A stretch of DNA of 64,000 nt from Dongiaceae bacterium (GTDB lineage Bacteria > Verrucomicrobiota > Verrucomicrobiia > Limisphaerales > JAFMIX01), in assembly GCA_035492855.1 (NCBI GenBank), contig DATJIU010000105.1:20188-84187 (forward strand), written 5' to 3'. Positions 34,433 through 42,580 of the stretch are shown here, piece after piece (position 1 is the first letter of the stretch; each line of letters starts with the position of its first letter). A model generated the notes under the pieces. That model did not search any database, was not told the origin of the DNA, and saw only the letters and a program-made list of their open reading frames with translations. The translations under genes were made by a program, and so were the position numbers.

Positions 34433-35448
34433 GAGGAGTGCGGCCGCAATTTGCCCAGCACCTCGCGGACGACGCGTTCCACGTCCACCCGGGCCGGGGT
34501 GTTGGTGGTGGCGGCGGCGCGGGAACGTTCACAGGCGCTGGCCGCCTCGGCAAAACCGGCGTCTGCCAGCACGCACGCCAGCCGCCCGCGCAGGGATTCC
34601 AAAATGGTCTGTTCGCCGGCCGAAAGCGGAAACCGCGCGTGCCCGACATTAAAGCCGCGCAATTCATAACCGGCGCGGAAGCCCTCCGGGAAATTTGGCG
34701 CGCCGACCATGAGCGAAAACAGGTCGAGCAATTTGAACTGCAGCCGCTTGGCCTCCGTCCAGTTGCCGGCGCGGGCCTCGTGGTACAGCTTCATCACCAC
34801 CTCCGGCGCCACGCCCGCGGTGGACAGCGTGCCGCCGTCCGCGCCGAGGAACAGCGCCGAGCATAGCAATTCCTCCCAGCCAATGAGCACGCCGAAATCG
34901 GGCCGCTGGCTTTTGATTTCGTGCAGCGTGAGCTGGAAGCGGCAAAGGTCCTTGGAAGTGTCCTTGGTGCCAACGATGCGCGGGCAGTCGAGCGCCAGCC
35001 GCTTGAGCACCGGCAGCGAAATTTCGTTCGCGAACGCCGGGATGTTGTACACCACAATGTCAATCGGCGACCGCGCGGCAAGTTCGCGGAAATAGGCTTC
35101 GATGCTCTCCTGCGTGAGCTTGTAATAATACGGGCCGGTGATGGACACCGCGCGGCAGCCGAGGTCAGCGCAATAGCGGCACATCTCCAGCACCAGATCC
35201 ACGTTCGGCTCGGCGGCGCCCGCGAGGATGGGCCGGCCCCCGGCCTCCTCCACCACGATTTTCAGCACGCGCTTCCGCTCCTCGTAACTGAGCCGGATAA
35301 ATTCGCCCATGCTGCCGTTGGGGTAATAACCGGTCACGCCCTTCTCGCCCAGCCAGCGGATGATGCGGCGCAGCTCGTCCTCGTTAATGCGGCCGGAGGC
35401 CTCGTAAGGAACGATGTTCGGAACAAATATGCCGGAAAGCGGCGTCAT
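34429..35448 (-). CDS. DHDPS/NAL-family class I aldolase, probable 2-keto-3-deoxy-L-fuconate aldolase, with C-terminal extension (339 aa)
   Basis: Family blocks [18 protein letters not shown], Schiff-base Lys in RIVGTKDTS; operon context with fuconate dehydratase and lactonase; approx 35-40 extra C-terminal residues ([31 protein letters not shown]). Confidence 0.8.
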   Translation of the reverse strand: MTPLSGIFVPNIVPYEASGRINEDELRRIIRWLGEKGVTGYYPNGSMGEFIRLSYEERKRVLKIVVEEAGGRPILAGAAEPNVDLVLEMCRYCADLGCRAVSITGPYYYKLTQESIEAYFRELAARSPIDIVVYNIPAFANEISLPVLKRLALDCPRIVGTKDTSKDLCRFQLTLHEIKSQRPDFGVLIGWEELLCSALFLGADGGTLSTAGVAPEVVMKLYHEARAGNWTEAKRLQFKLLDLFSLMVGAPNFPEGFRAGYELRGFNVGHARFPLSAGEQTILESLRGRLACVLADAGFAEAASACERSRAAATTNTPARVDVERVVREVLGKLRPHSS

Positions 35449-35451
35449 GTT

Positions 35452-36285
35452 TCAGATACGGTAAAGGGTTTCGGCGTTTTTGCGAAAGAGTTTTTCCTGC
35501 TCCGCCGGAGAACACCCGGCAAACAGTTTGCGGGTGGCATTGACCCAGGATTGCAAGTCCGCAGCCAGGGTGCAGACCGGCCAGTCGCCGCCCCAGAGCA
35601 GACGGTCAAAACCGAACTGCGCCACCACCACGTCAATCCACGGACGCAACGTCGCGGGTGTCCAGCCGCGCCCGGCCACGGTGACCAGGCCGCTGACCTT
35701 GCAGGCCACATTGGGGTGCGCGGCCAGTTGGGCGATGCCGGTTTTCCAGGCCGGGAGGCCTTCCGGCGTCAGACCCGAGAGCCCGCAATGATCGAGCACG
35801 AACCGTACGTCGGGACATTGCCGCACCAGCCGGAGCGCCAGCGGCAGTTGCCGGGCCAGCACGCAGAGATCAAACGTGAGGTGATGCGGCGCGAGCCGGC
35901 GGACATTCTCCACAAACCGGAGCTCCTGCGAAACCGCATCTGGCACCACGTGCAAGACCCGGCGCACCCCGCGCACCTGCGGCAAAGCGAGCAACTGCTC
36001 CAGTTGGACGGGGAAATCCGCATGTTCGGGACGGCAGGCGGCCACGATACCGGCAATGAGCGGATTCGCGGCCGCCAGCGTTTGCACGTGCCGGGCTTCC
36101 GCCAGCATGTGTGGTTCGTCCACGTCGCATTCCACAAAGACAGTGCGGGTAATGCCGGTGTCGCGGGCGGCGGCCTGATAATCAGCGAGGCGGAACGGCC
36201 GGTTCAGTTCCGGAATGCCCGCGCACCAGGAATACGGGAACTGGCCCGGGTCCCAGAGGTGTTGATGCGTGTCAATGAGGGTCAT
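35452..36285 (-). CDS. Amidohydrolase-2 family lactonase, probable L-fucono-1,5-lactonase (277 aa)
   Basis: ATG 36285 (MTLIDTHQHLWDP...) overlaps dehydratase stop; metal-ligand-type HxH start motif and later VLDHCG block typical of the family. Confidence 0.8.
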   Translation of the reverse strand: MTLIDTHQHLWDPGQFPYSWCAGIPELNRPFRLADYQAAARDTGITRTVFVECDVDEPHMLAEARHVQTLAAANPLIAGIVAACRPEHADFPVQLEQLLALPQVRGVRRVLHVVPDAVSQELRFVENVRRLAPHHLTFDLCVLARQLPLALRLVRQCPDVRFVLDHCGLSGLTPEGLPAWKTGIAQLAAHPNVACKVSGLVTVAGRGWTPATLRPWIDVVVAQFGFDRLLWGGDWPVCTLAADLQSWVNATRKLFAGCSPAEQEKLFRKNAETLYRI

Positions 36286-37508
36286 GCGGGCTTCAAATCG
36301 CAGCTCGCGCCGGCTTCCTGCGGGGTTTGATACACCCCCCCGGTCACGCAACATGGGTGCACAAAATGTTCGCGCAGGTGCGGGATGTGTTCGAGAAAGA
36401 CCACCTCATGGCCGAGCGCGATGTGGTTGCAGAGCACGAGATGCTGATGCAACTGGCCCATGTCGCCCACATGCGGGACGACCGGCACGCCGAACTTGCG
36501 ACAGAGCAGGCTCACCGCCAGAAATTCGCTCACGCCCGCCACGCGCACGGCATCCACCTGGATGAACCCGGCGCATTTGGCCTGGAGATAATTTTTGAAA
36601 ACGATGCGGTTGGGCACGTGTTCGCCCAGCGCCAGCCGCGTGGGCGCGATGGCGGCGGCGAGCTGCTGATGGCCGCGCACGTCGTCGGGATGCGTGGGCT
36701 CTTCAATCCAGAACGGGTCCATGGCCTGCAAGCGCGGGCAAATGGCGAGCGCCTGCGGGAGCGTCCACTGCTGGTTGGCATCCACCATCACGCGGGCCTT
36801 TGGCCCGGCGGCTTCGCGCACGATGGCCGCCCGGCGCAGATCCCGTTCCGGGTCGCGCGACCCCACCTTCAGTTTCATGGCGGTGAACCCGGCAGCCACG
36901 GCCCGGCGACAGTTCTCCCGCACCTGGTCATCGTCGTAATTGAACCAGCCCACGGAGGTGTCGTAACCGGGATAACCCGTTTTCAGGATGCCTTCGCGAC
37001 TGCTGCGCGTGGGTTGGTGGGCGCGCAAAATTTCCAGCGCGGCGGAGGACGTGAGTTCGTCCTCGAGATAGGAAAAGTCGAGCGTGGCGACCAGTTGTTC
37101 CGGCGTGAGGTCGAGCAGCAGTTTCCACAACGGCACGCCCCGGGTCTTGGCCCACAAATCCCAGCACGCATTGGTGACCGAGGCCAGTGCGAGCTGCACC
37201 ACGCCCTTGTGTGGCCCCAGCCAGCGGAATTGCTGTTCATCGGCCATCCGGCGCTGCCACGCGCCAAAGTCGGCCATGATTTCCTCAATGTCCCGGCCGG
37301 CGAGTTCGCGGGCGTAAAAGGCGGCGGCAGCGCAAACGAGTTCATTGCCGGCGCCCAGCGTGAAGGCCAGGCCCGTGCCGGTGTGACCCCGATCATCCTG
37401 CAACAACGTGGCCGCGTAGGAATAAATCGGGTCGCGGTGGATGGCGTCGCTGCCGTGACCGGAGCCGATGGCATAGCGCGCATCGCGGGTGGAAATGTGC
37501 CGGATCAT
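36282..37508 (-). CDS. fucD: L-fuconate dehydratase (enolase superfamily, MR subgroup), 408 aa
   Basis: ATG 37508 (MIRHISTRDARYAIGSGHGSDA...); FRWLGPHKGV, MVDANQQW, WIEEPT, LALGEH blocks parallel characterised FucD; the ORF's 5' extension to 37970 overlaps the SDR gene and is rejected. Confidence 0.88.
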   Translation of the reverse strand: MIRHISTRDARYAIGSGHGSDAIHRDPIYSYAATLLQDDRGHTGTGLAFTLGAGNELVCAAAAFYARELAGRDIEEIMADFGAWQRRMADEQQFRWLGPHKGVVQLALASVTNACWDLWAKTRGVPLWKLLLDLTPEQLVATLDFSYLEDELTSSAALEILRAHQPTRSSREGILKTGYPGYDTSVGWFNYDDDQVRENCRRAVAAGFTAMKLKVGSRDPERDLRRAAIVREAAGPKARVMVDANQQWTLPQALAICPRLQAMDPFWIEEPTHPDDVRGHQQLAAAIAPTRLALGEHVPNRIVFKNYLQAKCAGFIQVDAVRVAGVSEFLAVSLLCRKFGVPVVPHVGDMGQLHQHLVLCNHIALGHEVVFLEHIPHLREHFVHPCCVTGGVYQTPQEAGASCDLKPA

Positions 37509-38287
37509 AGGCTGGACGTGCGCCGGTAACCGAGTTCCGCGCCGCCGCTGACGTGCAGGAGGTGGCCGGTGATGAAGCGCGCCTTGTCCGAAAGCAGAAA
37601 CACGCACGCATCGGCCACGCTGTCGCCTTCCGGGCAATAACCGAGCGCGTGGATGTCGTTGAGATAATGCTCCACGGCGGCGGGATTGGGCTGTTCGGTA
37701 CACCACTGGCGGAGCATGGGCGTCCAGACACCGGCGGGGCACACGGCATTCACCCGGATACCGTAGCGGGCGTAATCCAGCGCCATGGATTTGGTGAGCG
37801 TGTTCATGCCGCCCTTGGTGGCCGTGTAGGCGGCGTGAATTTCCTGGCCGATCACCCCCACCAAACTGGACGTGCTGAGAATGGCCCCCTTGGCGGCCTG
37901 GAGGGCGGCGAAGGCGTGGCGCGTGGTGTGCAGGATGCTTTTCAAATTGGTGTTGAACAGCGCGTCCCACTCCGCATCGGTGGTCTCATGGAGCGGCTTG
38001 CTCGGCGAACTGATACCGGCGTTGTTATGGACGGCATCCAGCCGGCCATAGCGGGCGAGTGTTTTTTCCACGGCCTGTCGCACCTGTTCGTCATTGGCCA
38101 CATCGCACACGAGGCCGAGATGCGCCGCGCCCAGTTCGGCGGCGGTGCGGGCCACGGCGGTGGCGTCGCGCGCGACAATCACCACGCGCGCGCCTTCCGC
38201 AACGTAAGCCTTGGCGCATTCGCGGCCAATGCCGCACGAACCGCCTGTTACCAAAATGACCTTGTCCTGAAGCAATGGGGTACTCAT
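37505..38287 (-). CDS. Short-chain dehydrogenase/reductase, probable L-fucose 1-dehydrogenase (260 aa)
   Basis: ATG 38287; cofactor motif TGGSCGIG, NNAG, catalytic YTATK; substrate inferred only from operon context. Confidence 0.8.
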   Translation of the reverse strand: MSTPLLQDKVILVTGGSCGIGRECAKAYVAEGARVVIVARDATAVARTAAELGAAHLGLVCDVANDEQVRQAVEKTLARYGRLDAVHNNAGISSPSKPLHETTDAEWDALFNTNLKSILHTTRHAFAALQAAKGAILSTSSLVGVIGQEIHAAYTATKGGMNTLTKSMALDYARYGIRVNAVCPAGVWTPMLRQWCTEQPNPAAVEHYLNDIHALGYCPEGDSVADACVFLLSDKARFITGHLLHVSGGAELGYRRTSSL

Positions 38288-38700
38288 GGCTGAAAGAAAA
38301 TTTCCTTGGTGTCCGACCAGATTTTGCCCTTGGCGGCGGCATCGGGCAGCGGGGACTGGCAGGGGTCGGTTTCCTTCCACCACCGCTGCGTCTCCGGGTC
38401 GGCGGCCATGCGCGCCATGTCGGCGTCGTAATTCGTCCCGGTGTATTCCAGGTAGGCGAACAGGTACGTTTTGCCGTCAATGGTGCATTCGTGGATGGAG
38501 AAATTCTGAATGTGGCAGTCCTTGATGGTCTTCAGCACGCCAGGCCAGGGATGGGCGTGGAGTTCGTGGTAATACGCCGCCTTGTCGGGCTTGAGGCCGG
38601 TGACCCAGGCCAGGCGTTGCGGGGCGGGCCGGGTGGCGCAGCCGGCGAACAGGCCGGCAGCGAGCAGCCCTACCAAAGGAATGAGAGTTCGAGGTTTCAT
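38284..38700 (-). CDS. L-rhamnose-mutarotase-family (RhaM/YiiL-like) protein with lipoprotein signal peptide (138 aa)
   Basis: N-terminus MKPRTLIPLVGLLAAGLFAGC (lipobox); mature part YHELHAHPWPGVLKTIKDCHIQNFSIH...LFAYLEY...ETQRWWKETDPCQ parallels RhaM. Confidence 0.75.
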   Translation of the reverse strand: MKPRTLIPLVGLLAAGLFAGCATRPAPQRLAWVTGLKPDKAAYYHELHAHPWPGVLKTIKDCHIQNFSIHECTIDGKTYLFAYLEYTGTNYDADMARMAADPETQRWWKETDPCQSPLPDAAAKGKIWSDTKEIFFQP

Positions 38701-38703
38701 AAG

Positions 38704-40419
38704 TTAACGAAAGCAGAAATAGAGCACCACAAACACCGCCAGCACCGTGCCGGCGATGACCCGGTAATCCGTCAGCGCCACGCGGGCCAGGGGGCCGCGC
38801 ACGGGCGCGCGCCAGTCTTCCCAGATGAGCAGGCGGGCTTCGGGTTTCAACGGATCCGGAAACAAGAAGGTGGTGATCACCATGAGAACGAGGCACGCCA
38901 CCAGAAGCAGAAACGCGATGAGCATGAAGTCGCCGCGGTAAATATTGTTCCAGTCCAGGTAAAAGGTCACGCCGCCCAGGGCCATGCCCGCAATCAGCGT
39001 GATGAACGCGGAACGCCCGGAGGCCCGCCGCCAGAATACTCCGAGCAGAAACACCGCCGTGATGGGTGGCGCCACGTAGGAGATGAGTTTGTTGATGCCC
39101 TCAAAAATCGTGGTGTAGTGACCGAACAACGGCGAGGCGACTATGGCCACGACCGTGCCGACAACGGTGGTGATTTTCCCGATGGTGACCAGTTGATGGT
39201 CTTTGATTTCCGGGCGGTGGCGCTTGAACAAATCGTAGGCCACGAGCGTGGCGGTGGAGTTGAGGGCGGCGGAGCAGGTTTGCATGGCGGCGGCCAGCAT
39301 GGCGGCGGCGACCAGGCCCTTGAGGCCGACCGGCAGCAGATGGGTGATGAGAAAGGTGTAGGTGTCGGCGGCAGTTTCCGGCGCGGCGCCACCAAAGGCA
39401 TTTTTTTGCACCAGCGCCACACAGATGACGCCGGGCAGCACAAAGAGAAACACCGGCCAGATTTTCAGGAACGCGCAAAACAGGGGGCCGAGCCGGGCAT
39501 TCCGTTCATCCTTGGCGGCAAGCACGCGTTGCACGATGGTCTGGTCGCAGCACCAGTACCAGATGCCGAGCACGGGATAGCCGAGCAGGATGGAATACCA
39601 CGGCAGACCGCTGGGATCGTGGGCGTCGCGGGCCATGCTGAGAAAGTTGCCCGTGCCCCAGGTGACCTGGCTGCCGGCCCCGGCGGCCAGCGGATGCGGA
39701 TGCGTGGCGAGGGTATGGGCGAGTTCATGCCAGCCGCCGATTTTCAGGTACCCGGTGACGGTGATGACCACCGCGCCCACGAGCAGCAGGACGGTTTGCA
39801 CGCTTTCGGTCCACACCACCGCGAGCAGGCCGCCCAGCATGGTGTAAACGCCGGTGAGCAGTCCCAGCACCGTGATGAATAGCAGGAGCGCATCCACGCC
39901 CAGAAGCGTGGCCCCCGGTTCGAGACCAAGAATGCCGCGCAACACCCACGCGGCGGTGTAGAGCGCCACGCCCATGTGAATGACCAATGCCGAGAACAGC
40001 GAGATGACCGACAGCACATCGCGGCAGCCACGGTTGAAGCGGCGCTCCAGGAAGTCCGGCAGCGTGGCCACGCGCGAGCGCAGATACAGCGGGGCGAAAA
40101 AGAGCGCGAGCAGAATGAGGGTGAAGCCCGCCATCCATTCAAAATTGCCGAACACAATTCCGTACTTGTAGGCCGCTTCCGCCAGGCTGACGAGGTGGAC
40201 GGTGGAGATGTTGGCGGCGAACATGGCCAGCCCGATGACCGGCCAGGCAAGGGTGTTGCCGGCCAGGAAATAATGCCCGCCTTCGCCGCCGCGTTCCCCC
40301 GAACGCCGCCGCAAGCCCGCACCCACGCCCAGCCCCACCACGGCGAGCAGATAAATGACGATGATGGTCCAGTCAACGTGGCTCATGGATTGATCGAGAA
40401 TGGATCTTGTCGGAGCCAT
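38704..40419 (-). CDS. Sodium:solute symporter family (SSS/SGLT-like) transporter (571 aa)
   Basis: ATG 40419; 13-14 hydrophobic segments, SSS-like N-terminal block YFLAGNTLAWPVIGLAMFAANISTVHLVSLAEAAYKYG; 3-nt gap to next gene. Confidence 0.88.
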   Translation of the reverse strand: MAPTRSILDQSMSHVDWTIIVIYLLAVVGLGVGAGLRRRSGERGGEGGHYFLAGNTLAWPVIGLAMFAANISTVHLVSLAEAAYKYGIVFGNFEWMAGFTLILLALFFAPLYLRSRVATLPDFLERRFNRGCRDVLSVISLFSALVIHMGVALYTAAWVLRGILGLEPGATLLGVDALLLFITVLGLLTGVYTMLGGLLAVVWTESVQTVLLLVGAVVITVTGYLKIGGWHELAHTLATHPHPLAAGAGSQVTWGTGNFLSMARDAHDPSGLPWYSILLGYPVLGIWYWCCDQTIVQRVLAAKDERNARLGPLFCAFLKIWPVFLFVLPGVICVALVQKNAFGGAAPETAADTYTFLITHLLPVGLKGLVAAAMLAAAMQTCSAALNSTATLVAYDLFKRHRPEIKDHQLVTIGKITTVVGTVVAIVASPLFGHYTTIFEGINKLISYVAPPITAVFLLGVFWRRASGRSAFITLIAGMALGGVTFYLDWNNIYRGDFMLIAFLLLVACLVLMVITTFLFPDPLKPEARLLIWEDWRAPVRGPLARVALTDYRVIAGTVLAVFVVLYFCFR

Positions 40420-40440
40420 GATGGTTTGCCTTTACGGCCA

Positions 40441-42567
40441 TTATCTGTTGGCATAGTCAACGCCCGATGTTCCCGCACTGATGGTGAATCGTTTGCCCCG
40501 GGCGCACACCTTCAGCAACTTGCCGGTGAAAGGTCGTGGCGTCTTCGGATCTGCCAGAAGTATTTTTCCGTCCAGCGATGGCGCGAAACCGAAGAACGTG
40601 TTTACCACAACATCCGCAAACGCCGCGCCACTGATGCATTCCTTCATGCAGCCTTCGCGCTCGGCGATTCGCACCGGCGCATCATATTGTTCCCGGTGCG
40701 GCCCATAAAATTCCCGCGCCTGCGCGAACGGCCCTTCCTGGGTCACCTCTGCCGTCCGGCAGTATAAATCAAACGCTTCGTCCGGGAATCCCAGGCGCCA
40801 CATCGTGCCGACCGCCAGTGCCGGCCAGCCGTCGTACGCCCCCATCGGGCCGTGGTCGGGGCGGTCGGAAACGGCCGCGGCGGCGTCCTTTAGGCTCATG
40901 GCGCGCATCCAGTCGCGCGTGAGCAGTTCGCGTTTGACGAAATCCGTCATTTCCCGGCGCATGTCAGGGGTCAGGTCAGGGGCCAGCGCATTACCGACAT
41001 AGATGTAGTCAACGCAATGCCGCAGCTCGACGCGCCGGCCATCCAGGTGCAAGCCGGACCACACCCCGGCGCCGGGTTGGTAAAGCGCCAGCACGGCGGG
41101 CAAAAGTTTTTCCGCGGCGGCGCGAAGTTCCCGGGCGCGGGCCGCATGGCCTTTCAATTCCTGAAGGTCGGCATCCTGGCGCATCATCCAGACATCTTGC
41201 GCATTACAAGAAGCGACGCGGTGGATGTAGGCGGGCGCGCATTCGAGCAGGTTTCCGTTCTCGCCGTAATCGGCCAGCGGGCTGTCGGGCCGGACCAGTG
41301 TTTTCCAGTCCGTGGCCATATCGTCCATGCGTTGCAGCACGGTTTTACCGTCCTCCAATTTTTCATCGAGAAAGGCCCGATCGCCGGTGACGCGCAAATA
41401 ATCCAGCGCGGTTTTGAAAATCGTGCAGGCGTTGAATGCGTAGCCGGTGATTCGGTCGTGAGCTTTGGCGTCAAAACCGTTGGTTTCGGTGAGATAAATG
41501 ACCTGCCCGCTGCGGACGTTTTGCGCCAGCCAGCGGCGCAACGCAGCCTTCATCCCGGCGGGTTCGAGCAGGGCCCAGACGGTGCCCTGCATGGAGGCGT
41601 CCCAATAAAATTGCGTGCCGGGCGCGCGTTCGCCGCTGGTAATGAAGGATCGCGGATGCACCGGAAACTGCGTGCGCTCCAGTTCCAGCAGCGTGACGAT
41701 GCCCATGTAATAATTCCGCTTCAGCGCCGCGTTGTCCGTGACGAGCACCGGCAGGCTGCCGGAAAAATGTGAGTTGCCCGGCGTAAATGCATCCGCCCAG
41801 CGTTGCTGCCAACAATGCTTAAAGCCGTCGAATTCGGCCGAAAAATGTTTGCGCCACTGCGTCACATCCGCTTGCACCTGCGGCGCATCCGCCTCCCGTC
41901 CGTCACCGGCGACAAATCCAATTTCCGTTTTGCCGCCGGCGGACAGCGGGATTTTCCATTGCCAGCGCACGATGCCATTGTCGTTCGTCAGCGAGTCGGG
42001 CTTCATCGTGGGACAAATCACCGTGGCAAAACCCGGACGCTGATTGGTGTTAAGCACGGAAATTCCGTCCGGCTGCAATGCGCCTGAAACCGACAGCGCC
42101 AGTTCCACATTGGTTTTGGTCGTGGCGGGATTGGTGATCTGCACGCGGACGAGCCCGGCGCGCTGCTCGTTGATCATCCGCGTGTCCGTTTCGACCGCCA
42201 GCCCGCCGCAATTGGAATTGCGGCGCAGGGCGCGATACGGATACCAGCGGCATTCCGTCGCCGGATATTCTTTGCCGGCGATCGTCAGGGTGACCAGGGG
42301 ATAGCCCGCCCGCCACTTTCCGTCTCCCCAGCCCCATAACCAATCGTCGGGATTGCAGAAAAACGAAGTCAGATCCCGGTTGATTATCAGCATGTCGTGA
42401 AAATTATTCACGTCCGGCGGATTGGCCACATCCGGCATCGGCAGCCAATCACCAGCCAGCTCATCGAGCGGCGGCACGCCAGCCGGCGGCGTTTGCGCCC
42501 AAATGGGGAAGGCCAGAAAAGCCAGGACCGTGGCCAGTCCGAAGCCCGATGATGGATTCAACTTCAT
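40441..42567 (-). CDS. Secreted 708-aa protein of unassigned family (possible glycoside hydrolase)
   Basis: Signal peptide MKLNPSSGFGLATVLAFLAFPIWAQ; long uninterrupted ORF packed between a GH29 gene and the symporter (13- and 21-nt gaps); no family motif recognised by eye. Confidence 0.7.
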   Translation of the reverse strand: MKLNPSSGFGLATVLAFLAFPIWAQTPPAGVPPLDELAGDWLPMPDVANPPDVNNFHDMLIINRDLTSFFCNPDDWLWGWGDGKWRAGYPLVTLTIAGKEYPATECRWYPYRALRRNSNCGGLAVETDTRMINEQRAGLVRVQITNPATTKTNVELALSVSGALQPDGISVLNTNQRPGFATVICPTMKPDSLTNDNGIVRWQWKIPLSAGGKTEIGFVAGDGREADAPQVQADVTQWRKHFSAEFDGFKHCWQQRWADAFTPGNSHFSGSLPVLVTDNAALKRNYYMGIVTLLELERTQFPVHPRSFITSGERAPGTQFYWDASMQGTVWALLEPAGMKAALRRWLAQNVRSGQVIYLTETNGFDAKAHDRITGYAFNACTIFKTALDYLRVTGDRAFLDEKLEDGKTVLQRMDDMATDWKTLVRPDSPLADYGENGNLLECAPAYIHRVASCNAQDVWMMRQDADLQELKGHAARARELRAAAEKLLPAVLALYQPGAGVWSGLHLDGRRVELRHCVDYIYVGNALAPDLTPDMRREMTDFVKRELLTRDWMRAMSLKDAAAAVSDRPDHGPMGAYDGWPALAVGTMWRLGFPDEAFDLYCRTAEVTQEGPFAQAREFYGPHREQYDAPVRIAEREGCMKECISGAAFADVVVNTFFGFAPSLDGKILLADPKTPRPFTGKLLKVCARGKRFTISAGTSGVDYANR

Positions 42568-42580
42568 CTGGTTGATTCGG

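Noticed and set aside
37509-37970. 154-codon 5' extension of the fuconate dehydratase ORF
   Set aside because: It overlaps most of the SDR gene in another frame and gives an Arg/His/Pro/Gly-rich translation. ATG 37508 overlaps the SDR stop (a 4-nt coupling, like the rest of the operon).
38275-39882. 535-aa plus-strand ORF across the RhaM-like and symporter genes (also 42422-44344, 44576-45466, 45497-46372, 33803-34669, 34921-36330 and 36327-37529)
   Set aside because: All overlap minus-strand genes with strong family signatures and tight operon spacing. Their translations are Arg/Gly/His/Pro-rich with no domains.
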